A stretch of 64,000 bases of DNA from positions 35,855 to 99,854 of the forward strand of contig JAPLZK010000003.1 in the NCBI GenBank assembly GCA_026395055.1, read 5' to 3'. Positions 49,571-60,171 of the stretch are shown in pieces. Made by a program: the position numbers and the translations under genes. The notes beneath the pieces are model-generated. The model saw only the letters and a list, made by a program, of their open reading frames with translations. It was not told the origin of the DNA and did not search any database. Positions within the stretch are counted from its first letter, which is position 1; every line of letters begins with the position of its first letter. The DNA is from Candidatus Uhrbacteria bacterium (GTDB taxonomy: Bacteria > Patescibacteriota > Patescibacteriia > UBA9934 > GWF2-40-263).

Positions 49571-52159
49571 ATGAAATTATTCCTCAGGGTTTCTTGGATA
49601 CCTGTTTTTTTGTTTGCTTTATTCATGACACCTATTGCACATGCTGCAACAGCACCATCGCTCGGAGCTGCGGATCCGTACGGCGTGCTTACGTATCTTT
49701 ATGGTCGCTTCGGACTTCCGGGTCCTGTGATCACGGGAGATTTTGGATATACCATTTTAACCGGGACATCACCTATGCCGGTTGTAAGTGGTGCAACACA
49801 CGTGGCGGATGGGACCTATACTCAGGCAGAGACAGATGGACATACAGCATGGGTTACACTCGAGGATTCATCCATCAATCCTTGTACATACACGTTTACC
49901 GGAAGTTCCATCGATCTTGCAACAAAAGATGTGGGAAGCGGAGTTGGAATTTATCCTCCTGGTGTTTATTGCGCGGGCATGGCCACAACAATCGTAAACA
50001 TTGGTGCAGCAGGAATAAAACTCAATGGCAGTGGGACGTATATTTTTCGATTTGATGGCGGGGTTCTCTTCACAAGTCCATTTTCTGTGGTGACCATGCA
50101 AAATGGTGCATCGTCTTGTGGAGTCTTCTGGCTTCCAGATGGTCCGGCGATTCTTTCGAGTTTTGGTCATGATTCAACGTTTGTCGGTACGGTTTTTTCA
50201 CATGACGGGTATAACGTCAATGATGGCGTGACCTGGTACGGAAGAGCCTTAACGCTTGGTGGAGGAACTGTGAACATGGCGTCCGATGAAATTGTAACAG
50301 CACCAACGGGTTGTACGCCACCACCACCACCACCACCACCTGCAACCGGAACGCTTCATGTGATCAAACAATTTTATAATGATTATGGCGGCACGGCAGT
50401 AGCATCGGATGCGAATGTTCATGTAAAAAATGGAGCAGGAGATATTGTGGGAAGTCCACATGCAGGTTCTCTTGCGCCAGGAACGCTTTATACCGTGAAT
50501 GCAGATACGTATATTGTGAGTGAAGATACATTCTTAGGATACACTCCAACCATTGGTGGAGATTGTGATGCGACGGGTCATGTGACCATCGGATCCGGTG
50601 ACAGTAAAACGTGTATCATCGCAAACGATCAAAATCCACCACCAACACCAAGTTCTGCAACGCTTCACGTTATCAAACATGTCGTAAACAACAATGGTGG
50701 TTCATCTGCAGCATCTTCATTTACGCTCCATGTAAAAGGTTCTGGGGGAATGGGTGTAAGTGATGTGTCAGGAAGTCCGGCAGCGGGTGCGGAGTCTCCG
50801 GGGGTTTCTTACACACTCCTTCCAGGAGCATTCGTTGTAAGCGAAGATACATTCTCGGGATACACTTCAACATTCAGCGGAGATTGTGACGCAACAGGTC
50901 ATGTTACACTCGCATCAAGCGATCATAAGACGTGTACCATTACGAATACGGACATTGCTCCATCCGGACAAAAACTTCCTTCAATACCTGCCACGTTGCA
51001 TGTGATGAAGATTGTCACAAATGATAATGGTGGAAAGGCTATTGTTTCAGATGCGGTCATTCATGTTATGAGTGGAGCCGGAGATGTTTCTGGAAGTCCA
51101 CATGCGGGTGCAAGTACACCAGGGACGGCTTACACACTTGATCCGGGAATCTACACAGTGAGTGAAAACTTTTTTCCAGGCTACACCGTAAAAATTGGCG
51201 GAGATTGTAATGATAGTGGAAACGTAACCCTTGCGGCGGGTGATTCAAAAACGTGTACGATCACAAATGATGACATTGCCGCGCCTGTCGTTCCTCCTCC
51301 ACCCACGATTATCACCCCTGTAACGGTAACACCGGCAACATGTGATATTTGCTCTCGTCTTACATACGATCTTTACATCATCAATCCAGATAAGTCCGAA
51401 CGTCACACAGGAACAGCCTGGGTGCGCGTGACAGATCGCGGAAATGGAATTAAGAGATATTCGTTTGAGGATGCCACGCTTGATCCACACAATCCATTGT
51501 TTGACTATAACGATTCTGTGATTGATGTGGATTACACGGACTGTAAGAATACGAAGTTTATGTTTGTGAGTTCGGATGCTTCGTGGAAACATCAAGTTCG
51601 CATTAAAGTTTCTATCGACGGAGCTGCACAATCAGATACGCTCGTTGTCGATGATTCAAAAGCGGTTGTTGGAACCATGAAGGCGATGAATGTGACAACG
51701 GGTGTGAACGCAAAGACCGCTTGTACTACGCCCCCTTCAACAACATCTTCTGGTTTGAAGGGAAAAATCCTCCTTCAAGTACAGTCGCATGGAGAAGCGT
51801 GGTACATTCATCCCATTTCAGGATCACGTTATTACATGAAAGATGGGGTGACCGCTTATGGCATGATGCGTAAGTTTGGTGTTGGAATCACAGATAAAAA
51901 TTTACTGCTTATTCCAAGCGTTGCATCGGTTGCCGAGTTAAAGGCCTCAACAAGTATTTGTCCAACAAATAGCGCGGCAAAAAATCAGGCAGGAAAAATC
52001 ATGCTTCAGGTTCAACAACATGGAGAGGCCTGGTATGTGGATGCGGGAAAATGCAGACGTATTTATTTGAAGGATGGAGCGGCAGCCTATTCCGTCATGC
52101 GTTTCCTTGGGCTTGGAATCACAAATGCAGATCTCGAGAAGATGAAGATCGGATCGTAA
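49571..52159 (+). CDS. Surface protein with DUF3494 (ice-binding-like) domain, three Ig-like repeats and a duplicated C-terminal repeat
   Basis: YIFR.....TS...V...NGA..C.VFW, GRAL; 3x TLHV.K...GDC...KTC.I.N; 2x GKI.LQVQ.HGEAWY. Confidence 0.8.
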   Translation: MKLFLRVSWIPVFLFALFMTPIAHAATAPSLGAADPYGVLTYLYGRFGLPGPVITGDFGYTILTGTSPMPVVSGATHVADGTYTQAETDGHTAWVTLEDSSINPCTYTFTGSSIDLATKDVGSGVGIYPPGVYCAGMATTIVNIGAAGIKLNGSGTYIFRFDGGVLFTSPFSVVTMQNGASSCGVFWLPDGPAILSSFGHDSTFVGTVFSHDGYNVNDGVTWYGRALTLGGGTVNMASDEIVTAPTGCTPPPPPPPPATGTLHVIKQFYNDYGGTAVASDANVHVKNGAGDIVGSPHAGSLAPGTLYTVNADTYIVSEDTFLGYTPTIGGDCDATGHVTIGSGDSKTCIIANDQNPPPTPSSATLHVIKHVVNNNGGSSAASSFTLHVKGSGGMGVSDVSGSPAAGAESPGVSYTLLPGAFVVSEDTFSGYTSTFSGDCDATGHVTLASSDHKTCTITNTDIAPSGQKLPSIPATLHVMKIVTNDNGGKAIVSDAVIHVMSGAGDVSGSPHAGASTPGTAYTLDPGIYTVSENFFPGYTVKIGGDCNDSGNVTLAAGDSKTCTITNDDIAAPVVPPPPTIITPVTVTPATCDICSRLTYDLYIINPDKSERHTGTAWVRVTDRGNGIKRYSFEDATLDPHNPLFDYNDSVIDVDYTDCKNTKFMFVSSDASWKHQVRIKVSIDGAAQSDTLVVDDSKAVVGTMKAMNVTTGVNAKTACTTPPSTTSSGLKGKILLQVQSHGEAWYIHPISGSRYYMKDGVTAYGMMRKFGVGITDKNLLLIPSVASVAELKASTSICPTNSAAKNQAGKIMLQVQQHGEAWYVDAGKCRRIYLKDGAAAYSVMRFLGLGITNADLEKMKIGS

Positions 52160-52193
52160 AGACAAAAAAGATTCAACCCATGTTGAATCTTTT

Positions 52194-53330
52194 TTATTGG
52201 AAGATCTTTTGGAATTGTTTTTGGTACGTTTTCCAGGTATGTGTGAGAATATCTTGTCTTCGTTTGAGTCCTCTTTGTTCACAGATAAAATCCAGGAACG
52301 GCTTTGATCGGGTTGGTGTGCTCTCTCGATATAAACGCATGAGGAACCAGAGATTTCCAAATGGATGGAAACGCTGTTCATTGCTTGAGTTTACATAGGC
52401 GATTTGTTTTTCGTTTGAAACGGATCGGTTTGAGAGGTTCTTGAGAAATGATTCGGGAAAATTCACGTTGAATGTTTTCACGAGATAGGAGCAAGCGGTT
52501 TGCATTTCGATCACACAATCGTGTTCGATTGTGTGTAAAAGCAGTTTCTGCCAGTCGATGGGTTGGTTCTTTATAAGCGTAATCGCATCAACGACCCATC
52601 GGAGTGTTCGATGCGTGTTATATTCAGCGCCGTGGACAATGACATGGATGAGAAGATCTTCTGTGCACGGCATGAGGCATTGTGTGGATTGTATCTCGAG
52701 TGGAACCGCATTTTTCCAGATCAACTCTGAAGACATTTTGTGTTCGTTCTCAAAAATTCTCCAATGAAGATCAATTTCGATTTCATGATCATTTACGAAG
52801 CTGACTTCATGAAAGTGTTTCAAGATGGATTCGTAAGACAGATTGCGTGTAGAAGGGTAGAGATGTCCTTTTGGGACGCAGCTGTACGCATGAAGAACTT
52901 CCATAGCTCGAAGCGCATCGGCAGGGTGTACAAGAAGATCAATATCGCCAGAGAAACGTGCGCCAGGATTTTTGTAGGCCGTGAGCAAAAGCGGAACGCC
53001 TTTCATGAGAAGAACAGGAATGTTTTGTTTTTCGAGAAGTTCGACAACCTGTCGTGTGCTTTCGAGAAGACGTTGGTTTTTATACCATGCGTATCGATAC
53101 ACGCCTTTGATACGACCGACGAGAGAGTCTTCGATCTTTAACGACTGCAATCGCAAATACAAAAGGGGAAGCAGTCTCATGGTGGCGTGGTCGATATTGT
53201 CGAAGACGACGCGAGACTTCCATTCTTCCCATAACGCTCGAAACGCATCGTTATGACTCAAAACAAGCTTGAGGAAAAGCTCTTCTTCGCTATTTGGAAA
53301 ACTAGATGGATAGATTTTCACGGATGTCAT
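52194..53330 (-). CDS. Nucleotidyltransferase (NTP_transf_5-like)
   Basis: LMKG, R.SGDIDLLV, IDLHW, HG......LRW..D. Confidence 0.85.
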   Translation of the reverse strand: MTSVKIYPSSFPNSEEELFLKLVLSHNDAFRALWEEWKSRVVFDNIDHATMRLLPLLYLRLQSLKIEDSLVGRIKGVYRYAWYKNQRLLESTRQVVELLEKQNIPVLLMKGVPLLLTAYKNPGARFSGDIDLLVHPADALRAMEVLHAYSCVPKGHLYPSTRNLSYESILKHFHEVSFVNDHEIEIDLHWRIFENEHKMSSELIWKNAVPLEIQSTQCLMPCTEDLLIHVIVHGAEYNTHRTLRWVVDAITLIKNQPIDWQKLLLHTIEHDCVIEMQTACSYLVKTFNVNFPESFLKNLSNRSVSNEKQIAYVNSSNEQRFHPFGNLWFLMRLYRESTPTRSKPFLDFICEQRGLKRRQDILTHTWKTYQKQFQKIFQ

Positions 53331-53336
53331 ACAAGA

Positions 53337-54029
53337 TTAATCGACAGCAGCGGTTCTTTTTCGGCGGAGAGATTCACGAATGACTTTGAGATAATCATTG
53401 CGAGATGCGCGATCGCGAACGCCTGTGTTTGTTTCATGAATGCGACGTTTGAGAAGAATATCTTCTAGACAGACATAAGTTAATCCGAGTTCTTTTGCGC
53501 GCTCAAACCAATCCATAAACTCTCCGATGCTCCATCGCGGATTTAATTCACCTACGCGGTGAAAGGATGTTGTCTTGATCATGACGGCGGGTGAGAGAAG
53601 TGCTGGGGTCGCAACGGGTGGACAGTACCGAAGGGCTTTGATCTCGTCCGACAATTCTGGACTTAAAAAATTACGCATGTAGCAAAAGCAAATGTCGAGG
53701 TTTGGATCTTGCTCGAAACGATTCCGTTGCAGCTCAAGTTTGTTTGGTTCCCATAAATCATCTGCATCCATGAACGCAAGATATTCGCCCTGTGCTACAC
53801 GAATTCCTTGATTGCGTCCTTCTGCGATTCCCAGATTTTCTTTCGAGCGAATAATCGTGATGCGGTCTCCAAATGATTCGAGAACAGCGAGTGAGTCATC
53901 GGTTGATCCGTTATCAATGCAAATCAGTTCGATATTGTTATGTGTCTGCGCTAATACACTATCGACAGATTCGGCAACATATTTTTCCGTATTGTAAACG
54001 GGCATGATGATGGAAATCAGGGGAGGCAT
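53337..54029 (-). CDS. GT2 glycosyltransferase
   Basis: ISIIMPVYN, DNGSTD, RN.G, FMDADD. Confidence 0.92.
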   Translation of the reverse strand: MPPLISIIMPVYNTEKYVAESVDSVLAQTHNNIELICIDNGSTDDSLAVLESFGDRITIIRSKENLGIAEGRNQGIRVAQGEYLAFMDADDLWEPNKLELQRNRFEQDPNLDICFCYMRNFLSPELSDEIKALRYCPPVATPALLSPAVMIKTTSFHRVGELNPRWSIGEFMDWFERAKELGLTYVCLEDILLKRRIHETNTGVRDRASRNDYLKVIRESLRRKRTAAVD

Positions 54030-55096
54030 AGAACTGTTTTTATGACATTCGGTACATTCTCGATAGGTAATCCGAGTTCAAGAATGTAACACGGGGTTTT
54101 CTCGATAATTCGTTTGAGTGCGCTGAGTTGATGCGTGCCTGCGAGTGGAAGTTGAAACAGAGTGGTGGGAGTGAGTGCGAGCATTGCCTCCAATTTTGTT
54201 GCGGGAATGATGCGCGTTGATGCACCATCGATAATGCGCGGAATGAGAATCGCAGCGAGTGATGCGTGTTGTTTTACTTGTGCTTCGAGAATCTCGGAGA
54301 AGAACACAATCGCCTTGTCTTCTGGTTTGTGATTTGGATTTACAATGTGTTTCTTAAGAAGAGGGAATTGCGCGATTGTTCGATCGTCCACCTTTGCAGA
54401 GTTATAGAGGCTGTGTGCCACAATAGTCTTGCCCGACTCGATGCCTACGTAATCGTCGCCAAGATAGTTCATGCCTGCGAGAACAGATGCAATTGCCGTT
54501 GTCGACTTGCCTGATCCTCCTTTTGCGGAGAGGAGAACGGCTCGATCATCAACTCCGATCACGGCACCATGAATGAGGTGGATGTTTGAACGCGAAAGAA
54601 ACCAATGGAGAATTGGGCGAATAGGCGCAGCACTGAGCCAATCCGGCAAAAGATTCGCGTCGCGTGTCCAGAAGTAAGCGGTACGATTCTTGGTGTCGTA
54701 TAAGTTTAAGGTTTGTTCACCGCTGAGGAAAATTCCCAAGAATTGATCAGTGATCTCTGTGTTTGTTTGTGTTTCGAGGATGAACTGATGTGATGTATGT
54801 TCGAACGGAGAAGGAATAGAGGTTTTTGTTGAAACAGAATCCCAGAGATGAACCGTGAGGTCTGGTTTTTCGACAGCTTCTCCCTCGAGATGCATGAGTG
54901 CGTGTGAAAGCTTTTGAAGAAGTTGTTCTGAATAGAACGATAAACAGATTTTATTTCCGCCGATACAGTAGTTCTTTCTGATCGGTATTGTGTTTCGAGC
55001 CACTTTCGAGAATGTTGGTCTCACAATTTCATCAAAATACACACGTGTAATGCGTGTGAAGTTTGGAACGACAAGATGTTTCGTTGGTTCAGGCAT
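54017..55096 (-). CDS. HPr-kinase-like P-loop kinase
   Basis: LIHGAVI, GGSGKSTT, YLGDDYV. Confidence 0.8.
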   Translation of the reverse strand: MPEPTKHLVVPNFTRITRVYFDEIVRPTFSKVARNTIPIRKNYCIGGNKICLSFYSEQLLQKLSHALMHLEGEAVEKPDLTVHLWDSVSTKTSIPSPFEHTSHQFILETQTNTEITDQFLGIFLSGEQTLNLYDTKNRTAYFWTRDANLLPDWLSAAPIRPILHWFLSRSNIHLIHGAVIGVDDRAVLLSAKGGSGKSTTAIASVLAGMNYLGDDYVGIESGKTIVAHSLYNSAKVDDRTIAQFPLLKKHIVNPNHKPEDKAIVFFSEILEAQVKQHASLAAILIPRIIDGASTRIIPATKLEAMLALTPTTLFQLPLAGTHQLSALKRIIEKTPCYILELGLPIENVPNVIKTVLCLP

Positions 55097-55766
55097 GTAA
55101 TCGATTGCGTTCTCGTTGTAGTTTTTTTCGAAAGGCTTCAATTCTTCCTTTTACGCTGACTTCATTTGCATTCGTCATGTTCGATGCATGCCTGCGGCAG
55201 AGAACGGTTGTGGCATCAACGCGTTTTTCTATACATCTTGCCTCTTCGAATCGCATTCTCCAATCCAGATCTTCCCCTTGTCGCATTGTTTCATCAAAGA
55301 GGCCAACACGATCGAAGACAGATGTTCGAAAGAGCGCCGAGCCTAAGAGTTCGAGGGCAAAGAATTTTTTTGTGATTTCCGTTCGTTTATTTTCAACCGA
55401 TCGAAAGAATTGAGAGAAACCACGTGCTGTGTCGTATGGTTCATTCTGAAGAAGATGCGGTAAGAGCGATTGAATATGATGGTGTGTCCAAAGATCGTCT
55501 GCGTCGAGGAAGCCGAGGATGGTGCCTTTTGCGTGTTTGATTCCCGTGTTGCGTGCCGCGGATTGTCCCTGGTTAGCTTGCGTGATCACTCGGATCCGAT
55601 CGGTATACGTCTTGAGAATCTGGGCTGTGTTGTCTGTCGAACCATCATTCATGACAATAACCTCGAGATTTGGATATTGTTGCGCGAAGACAGACTCAAG
55701 TGCATGCGAGATATGACGCTCGCCATTGTAGACAGGGATAATCACCGAGATGAGCGGATTGTTCAT
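55089..55766 (-). CDS. GT2 glycosyltransferase
   Basis: ISVIIPVYN, DGSTD, ARNTG, FLDADD, GED. Confidence 0.92.
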   Translation of the reverse strand: MNNPLISVIIPVYNGERHISHALESVFAQQYPNLEVIVMNDGSTDNTAQILKTYTDRIRVITQANQGQSAARNTGIKHAKGTILGFLDADDLWTHHHIQSLLPHLLQNEPYDTARGFSQFFRSVENKRTEITKKFFALELLGSALFRTSVFDRVGLFDETMRQGEDLDWRMRFEEARCIEKRVDATTVLCRRHASNMTNANEVSVKGRIEAFRKKLQRERNRLHA

Positions 55767-55773
55767 AGCCGAT

Positions 55774-56196
55774 TTACTTAAGTGTTGGCCAACCCACCGC
55801 GTCTACATCATGAATCGGATCCGCAAGAAGCATTTCCTGCATGTCTTCATATTTTTCGATCTTGGGTGTGAGGAATGTTTCTTTTATTGTTACGGGATTC
55901 TCGAGAAGAGTGCTTGTGAGATCCGTTTCGAGAATCAGATCTTCATTTAATAAAAATAATGTAAGATCAGATAGGCTTTGCTTGATTTCGTCTACGTTCG
56001 CTTCGTAACGAGCTAAAAAGGCATTCACGATTTGTTCGAGCGAATGGTTTTTGGCAAGGAGCTCCCAGGCAACAGATCCCGATGTGTTCATGCTGTAGTA
56101 GTTTCCGTTTTCGAGGTTGATGATGATCGTTTCGCCATCCAAGGTCTCGTTGATGACTTTTTGGTCGTTAATGCGATAGGTTTGTATTCCGGACAT
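55774..56196 (-). CDS. PqqD/RRE-domain protein with precursor-like C-terminal tail
   Basis: E.LDGE.IIINL..G.YYS.N.SG...WELL; tail FLTPKIEKYEDMQEMLLADPIHDVDAVGWP. Confidence 0.8.
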   Translation of the reverse strand: MSGIQTYRINDQKVINETLDGETIIINLENGNYYSMNTSGSVAWELLAKNHSLEQIVNAFLARYEANVDEIKQSLSDLTLFLLNEDLILETDLTSTLLENPVTIKETFLTPKIEKYEDMQEMLLADPIHDVDAVGWPTLK

Positions 56197-56312
56197 AGGC
56201 GCGAGCTTAGATTGAATGTCCGTATCATTATAAGGGAATACTGTGTTTTCGCAATGAAAAGATGTGAATGAAATTCGATGATCTGCTGGGTTTCTGTTAA
56301 ACTATCCCTCAC

Positions 56313-58139
56313 ATGCAAAACGAATTTGATAAATCTGAGGCGCTTGAGATGGCAAAGAGCCATATCACGGGAATTCAGCAGGCGATCAAGGTTGAGGTCG
56401 TTCAGGTTCAGACTTCCATTCAGAAGCTTCAACGATCGTCTGGTGGGTATGATGACGTCACGCGAGACAAGATTCTCGCGCATTTTTCGATTCGTGAAGA
56501 CCAATTGCAGCAGCTTTCGCCAAGTCCATACTTTGTGCGTTGTGATGTTCTGTCAGAGAACGGGGAAGCAAAGCCTCTGTATTTCGCAAAGTTCCCATTC
56601 ATAGAACAGTCGATCTTCTCTTGGATGTCGCCTGCAGCTCGTTTGCGCTTCTCGGATATTGGTGAAACCTCGTACCAACTTCAGGATGGAACGGTGCGAA
56701 ACGGGGAGCTGAAACGTAAGGATCAGTTCATGATTGTTCACGGAAAAATTGTGTTCATGACAAGTGAGTCGGATGTGTATGGACGCACGCTCATTTATCA
56801 AGAAAAACTTTCCCAGAAAAAAGCAGGATTCATGCTGCCAGAAATTGTGGAGCGCATGGAGCGTGCACAGGATGACGTCATTCGCGCGCCTGCACAAGGA
56901 TCGTTTCTGATTGCGGGACCCGCTGGGTCTGGAAAGACCACGCTCGCATTTCACCGTATTGCGTATTTATTACAATCGCCAGACACAGCTGCGAAGTTTT
57001 CGTCGAAGAATGTGATTGTCTTTGTTCAAGATGAAGGGACAAAGGCTTATTTCTCTAAGTTGCTTCCAGACTTAGGAATCCACGACGTGTTCGTCACGAC
57101 GTTTGGAGAATGGGCCATGGAACGTTTATCGATTGCAGACGCGAACTTCATTCGAAGACCGAACGGAGTAGATGATGCGATTGATGCGTATGAACATCGT
57201 AAGTGTGTTGCACTACGATCAGACATTGTGCCCGAGAAGAAATTGAAAGACATTTTCAAAACGCTTGAACACATTTATGGTTCTGTGTTTCTCGAAGAAG
57301 ACGTGGCACGATTCAAGCAACAGGTCCTCGATCGAGAGCTTGATCGCTTTGACCTTACACTCTTGTTGCGGTTGGCTCGAGAGGCAAGTGGGCCATTTGA
57401 GAAGCAAGAGGAGTATTTGATTCAAAAGAAGAACTTCGTCGTGACACGAAAGACGCGATCGGTCCCACTCGTCTATTCCTTGATTGTAGTGGATGAAGCC
57501 CAGAACTATTTGCCAGAGCAAGTCACCCTTCTTCGAACGTGTGTCTCAAAAGACACGCAGGCCATGCTTTACGTCGGTGATCTTGGTCAGCAAGTCTTAC
57601 TCGGAACCATGCGCAACTGGTCCCATGCGGGTGAAGACTTTGCGAGCGGACAGAACGTGCAGCTTGAAAAGGTGTATCGAAATACAAAAGCGATTCTTTC
57701 GTATATTGCATCCCTTGGATTCGATGTTTCTGTTCCAGAAGGTTTGCGTGAAGGTATCTCGGTTGCAGACGAGGTTTGTTCTTCGGTCAAGGAAGAGCTT
57801 GAGCGTATTCGAGAAGTCATCGGGTCAAAAGACGCACAGACACAAATCGGAATTTTGAGTCCGTCGGCGGCCTATTTGGATATTTTTCGAGAGGCATTTC
57901 AAGATCGTACGAACGTTCATGTCCTCACTATTCACGAATCCCAAGGTGTCGAGTTTGATGAGGTTTACCTTGTTGGTGTGCCTTCAGACTACCTTGTCGA
58001 GACACAAGAGATCTCGCCTGAGTTTGCAGAGGAACGCTTGCGAATCAAACGCGACCTGATTTATGTGGCACTGACGCGTGCTATGGAGCATGTATCGATC
58101 TTGGGCAGGAAACGGCTTAGAGATATCTTTATTTCCTAA
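56313..58139 (+). CDS. HelD-like UvrD/SF1 helicase
   Basis: SPYF.R.D, W.SP.A, QD.VIR, GPAGSGKTT..FHRIAYLL, VDEAQ, GVEFD.V, YVALTRA. Confidence 0.82.
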   Translation: MQNEFDKSEALEMAKSHITGIQQAIKVEVVQVQTSIQKLQRSSGGYDDVTRDKILAHFSIREDQLQQLSPSPYFVRCDVLSENGEAKPLYFAKFPFIEQSIFSWMSPAARLRFSDIGETSYQLQDGTVRNGELKRKDQFMIVHGKIVFMTSESDVYGRTLIYQEKLSQKKAGFMLPEIVERMERAQDDVIRAPAQGSFLIAGPAGSGKTTLAFHRIAYLLQSPDTAAKFSSKNVIVFVQDEGTKAYFSKLLPDLGIHDVFVTTFGEWAMERLSIADANFIRRPNGVDDAIDAYEHRKCVALRSDIVPEKKLKDIFKTLEHIYGSVFLEEDVARFKQQVLDRELDRFDLTLLLRLAREASGPFEKQEEYLIQKKNFVVTRKTRSVPLVYSLIVVDEAQNYLPEQVTLLRTCVSKDTQAMLYVGDLGQQVLLGTMRNWSHAGEDFASGQNVQLEKVYRNTKAILSYIASLGFDVSVPEGLREGISVADEVCSSVKEELERIREVIGSKDAQTQIGILSPSAAYLDIFREAFQDRTNVHVLTIHESQGVEFDEVYLVGVPSDYLVETQEISPEFAEERLRIKRDLIYVALTRAMEHVSILGRKRLRDIFIS

Positions 58140-58217
58140 AATAGGACTGTCATCATATTGACAGTCCTATTTTATTTTGTTATGTTCATCGCTCCGATTT
58201 TGGAGAAGAGGTGCCCT

Positions 58218-58466
58218 ATGCTTTTGCTGCTGGCTATTGTGTTCGGAATTTTGTTCGGGAAGTTTCTTGCAACCGGACTCCTGGTCACGTTCACGGTTAT
58301 TTCTGCTCTTTTGACATTCGCAAGTTTCTCATCGAAGGATTTCATGCGACTTACATCGATCGCCGTCGCGTTGCATGCTGGGATCTTCAATATCTGCATG
58401 TGGGTAACGTACTTCATTGTTTCGCCAGCGGATGTTTCAGGCATCACCCATGCGATCTTGAGGTAA
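58218..58466 (+). CDS. Small membrane protein
   Basis: Promoter TTGACA-17-TATGTT (58158-58186), GAGGTG SD, hydrophobic. Confidence 0.55.
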   Translation: MLLLLAIVFGILFGKFLATGLLVTFTVISALLTFASFSSKDFMRLTSIAVALHAGIFNICMWVTYFIVSPADVSGITHAILR

Positions 58467-58611
58467 TGCAAATGCGGAAATAATCAACCAAAGAGATACA
58501 TGTTTTCTGCCATCCATCTCCGGATGGTTTTTGTTTTGGTCAGAAGATTGACACAAACGGCTTTCTTCTGTAGAATTGCGTGATTCTGTTAATCAACAGA
58601 GCGAAAAAAAT

Positions 58612-59199
58612 ATGTTTAAACGAAATAACGGATTTGCTGGCAAATCCTTCGGAAAGAGAGACGGGGGGCCCGTCACCATGCACAAAACGTCTTGTGCTCA
58701 GTGTGGAAACTCCTGTGAGGTTCCATTTAAGCCAAACGGAAAAAAGCCAGTATTATGTGGCGATTGTTTCCGTAAAGACGATAACGGCGGAGAACGATCA
58801 GAGCGTTCAGAACGTCCTTCTTATCGTTCAAACGACCGATCCGAATCAAAGTACTCAAAATTTGATGATTCAAAGCCTTCCTACCCAGCAACGTGTGGAG
58901 AATGTGGCGCACGCTGCACCGTTCCATTTAAGCCAATGCAAGGAAAGCCAGTGAAGTGTCGTGAGTGTTTTGTTCCTGGAGATCGTCCATCTGCGGGAGG
59001 ATCAGGAGCGGGAATGTCTCAAGAACAGTTTCAAATGTTGAACACAAAATTGGACTCCATTTTGAAAGCGCTTGGAACATACGTTTCAACCCCAAAACGC
59101 TTGAAAGAGCCAACAGATGAATTCTCCCTTGAAGTCGACACGACTCCAACAGAAAAGCCAGAAAAGAAAGCTTGGGCAAAGCTCAAGTACAAAAAGTAA
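58612..59199 (+). CDS. Double CxxC-x17-CxxC domain protein
   Basis: Two C..CG..C.VPFKP..KPV.C..CF repeats; promoter TTGACA-17-TAGAAT (58548-58576). Confidence 0.88.
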   Translation: MFKRNNGFAGKSFGKRDGGPVTMHKTSCAQCGNSCEVPFKPNGKKPVLCGDCFRKDDNGGERSERSERPSYRSNDRSESKYSKFDDSKPSYPATCGECGARCTVPFKPMQGKPVKCRECFVPGDRPSAGGSGAGMSQEQFQMLNTKLDSILKALGTYVSTPKRLKEPTDEFSLEVDTTPTEKPEKKAWAKLKYKK

Positions 59200-59250
59200 A
59201 TAAAAAAGACCACCGATGTTGTATCGGTGGTTTTGTTTTGAGCTGAAGCC

Positions 59251-60171
59251 TTAGGCCTTTTTGATTTTTCGCACAAGATGTCCGGTGCCGTTCCAGACAT
59301 CTCGCAAGAAGCCTCGCATGAAGATGAAGAGGAAAAGCGTAAACGTCCATGTGCGATACTGATCCGCAAGCCATGGGCTTGCGACACGCAGCATGCTTTC
59401 CGTAGCGTGTCCGCCATCGAGTGGGGAGATCGGGATCAGATTGAAGCTGTTCATGACGATGCAGAGGAGGTAGAAGACGATCGAGAGCGATACAAAACCC
59501 GGTTTGGTCGCCACAATGTTACCCATTGTATTTGACAGATGGTACCAGGATTCGATTTCTCCAGCAGGCGCGGAACGTTTTTCTGCTTCTACCATTGGTT
59601 CCTCCGATGTTTTTTCCGTCATGGTGCCTGTTGCGACATCAACTTTTATGGATACGCGCTCCACTTCTTTCTTCACGGGTTTCTTTCCGCTACGAATGAG
59701 TGATGGAACAATGATGCACACAAGGAAGATCCATGCCCCAAAAGATGCGAGGAAGGCGAATCGCCATCGACCACCACCTTTCATGAGTTTGCCAGGCCAC
59801 TTTTTGAAAAAGGACAGGTTCTCTTGGAGAATTTTCTCGGCGAATCTGCCGAACACGATTCCGACTAAGAAGAAGAGAAAGAGTATGGAGAACAACATGC
59901 CACCGAGATCGATGAGTACGTGAACTTGGGTTGAGGCTTGCTTGAAGCCATCGCCCAGTTCGTTGTATCCGCCAAGGGGAATTGGTCCAAGACTGAACGT
60001 GGTTCCAAGCCATGTTCCAATCGTAAAAATGCTTGGCCCAAACCCGATTTGGAATTTGGTGACAGGCACATGAAAGAGCTGAGCCATGATAAAATGACCA
60101 AATTCGTGAATAACGATGACGCTCGAAAACATCATGATCAATAGTGCCATCTGAACGATTTTCCGCTGCAT
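59251..60171 (-). CDS. Site-2 (M50, RseP-like) protease without an obvious PDZ domain
   Basis: HEFGHF, F.IGFG, IPLGGY, NLIPISPLDGG. Confidence 0.85.
   Translation of the reverse strand: MQRKIVQMALLIMMFSSVIVIHEFGHFIMAQLFHVPVTKFQIGFGPSIFTIGTWLGTTFSLGPIPLGGYNELGDGFKQASTQVHVLIDLGGMLFSILFLFFLVGIVFGRFAEKILQENLSFFKKWPGKLMKGGGRWRFAFLASFGAWIFLVCIIVPSLIRSGKKPVKKEVERVSIKVDVATGTMTEKTSEEPMVEAEKRSAPAGEIESWYHLSNTMGNIVATKPGFVSLSIVFYLLCIVMNSFNLIPISPLDGGHATESMLRVASPWLADQYRTWTFTLFLFIFMRGFLRDVWNGTGHLVRKIKKA

Noticed and set aside
52194-56196. Complete lasso peptide cluster
   Set aside because: No asparagine-synthetase-like cyclase, B2 peptidase or free precursor seen in the window
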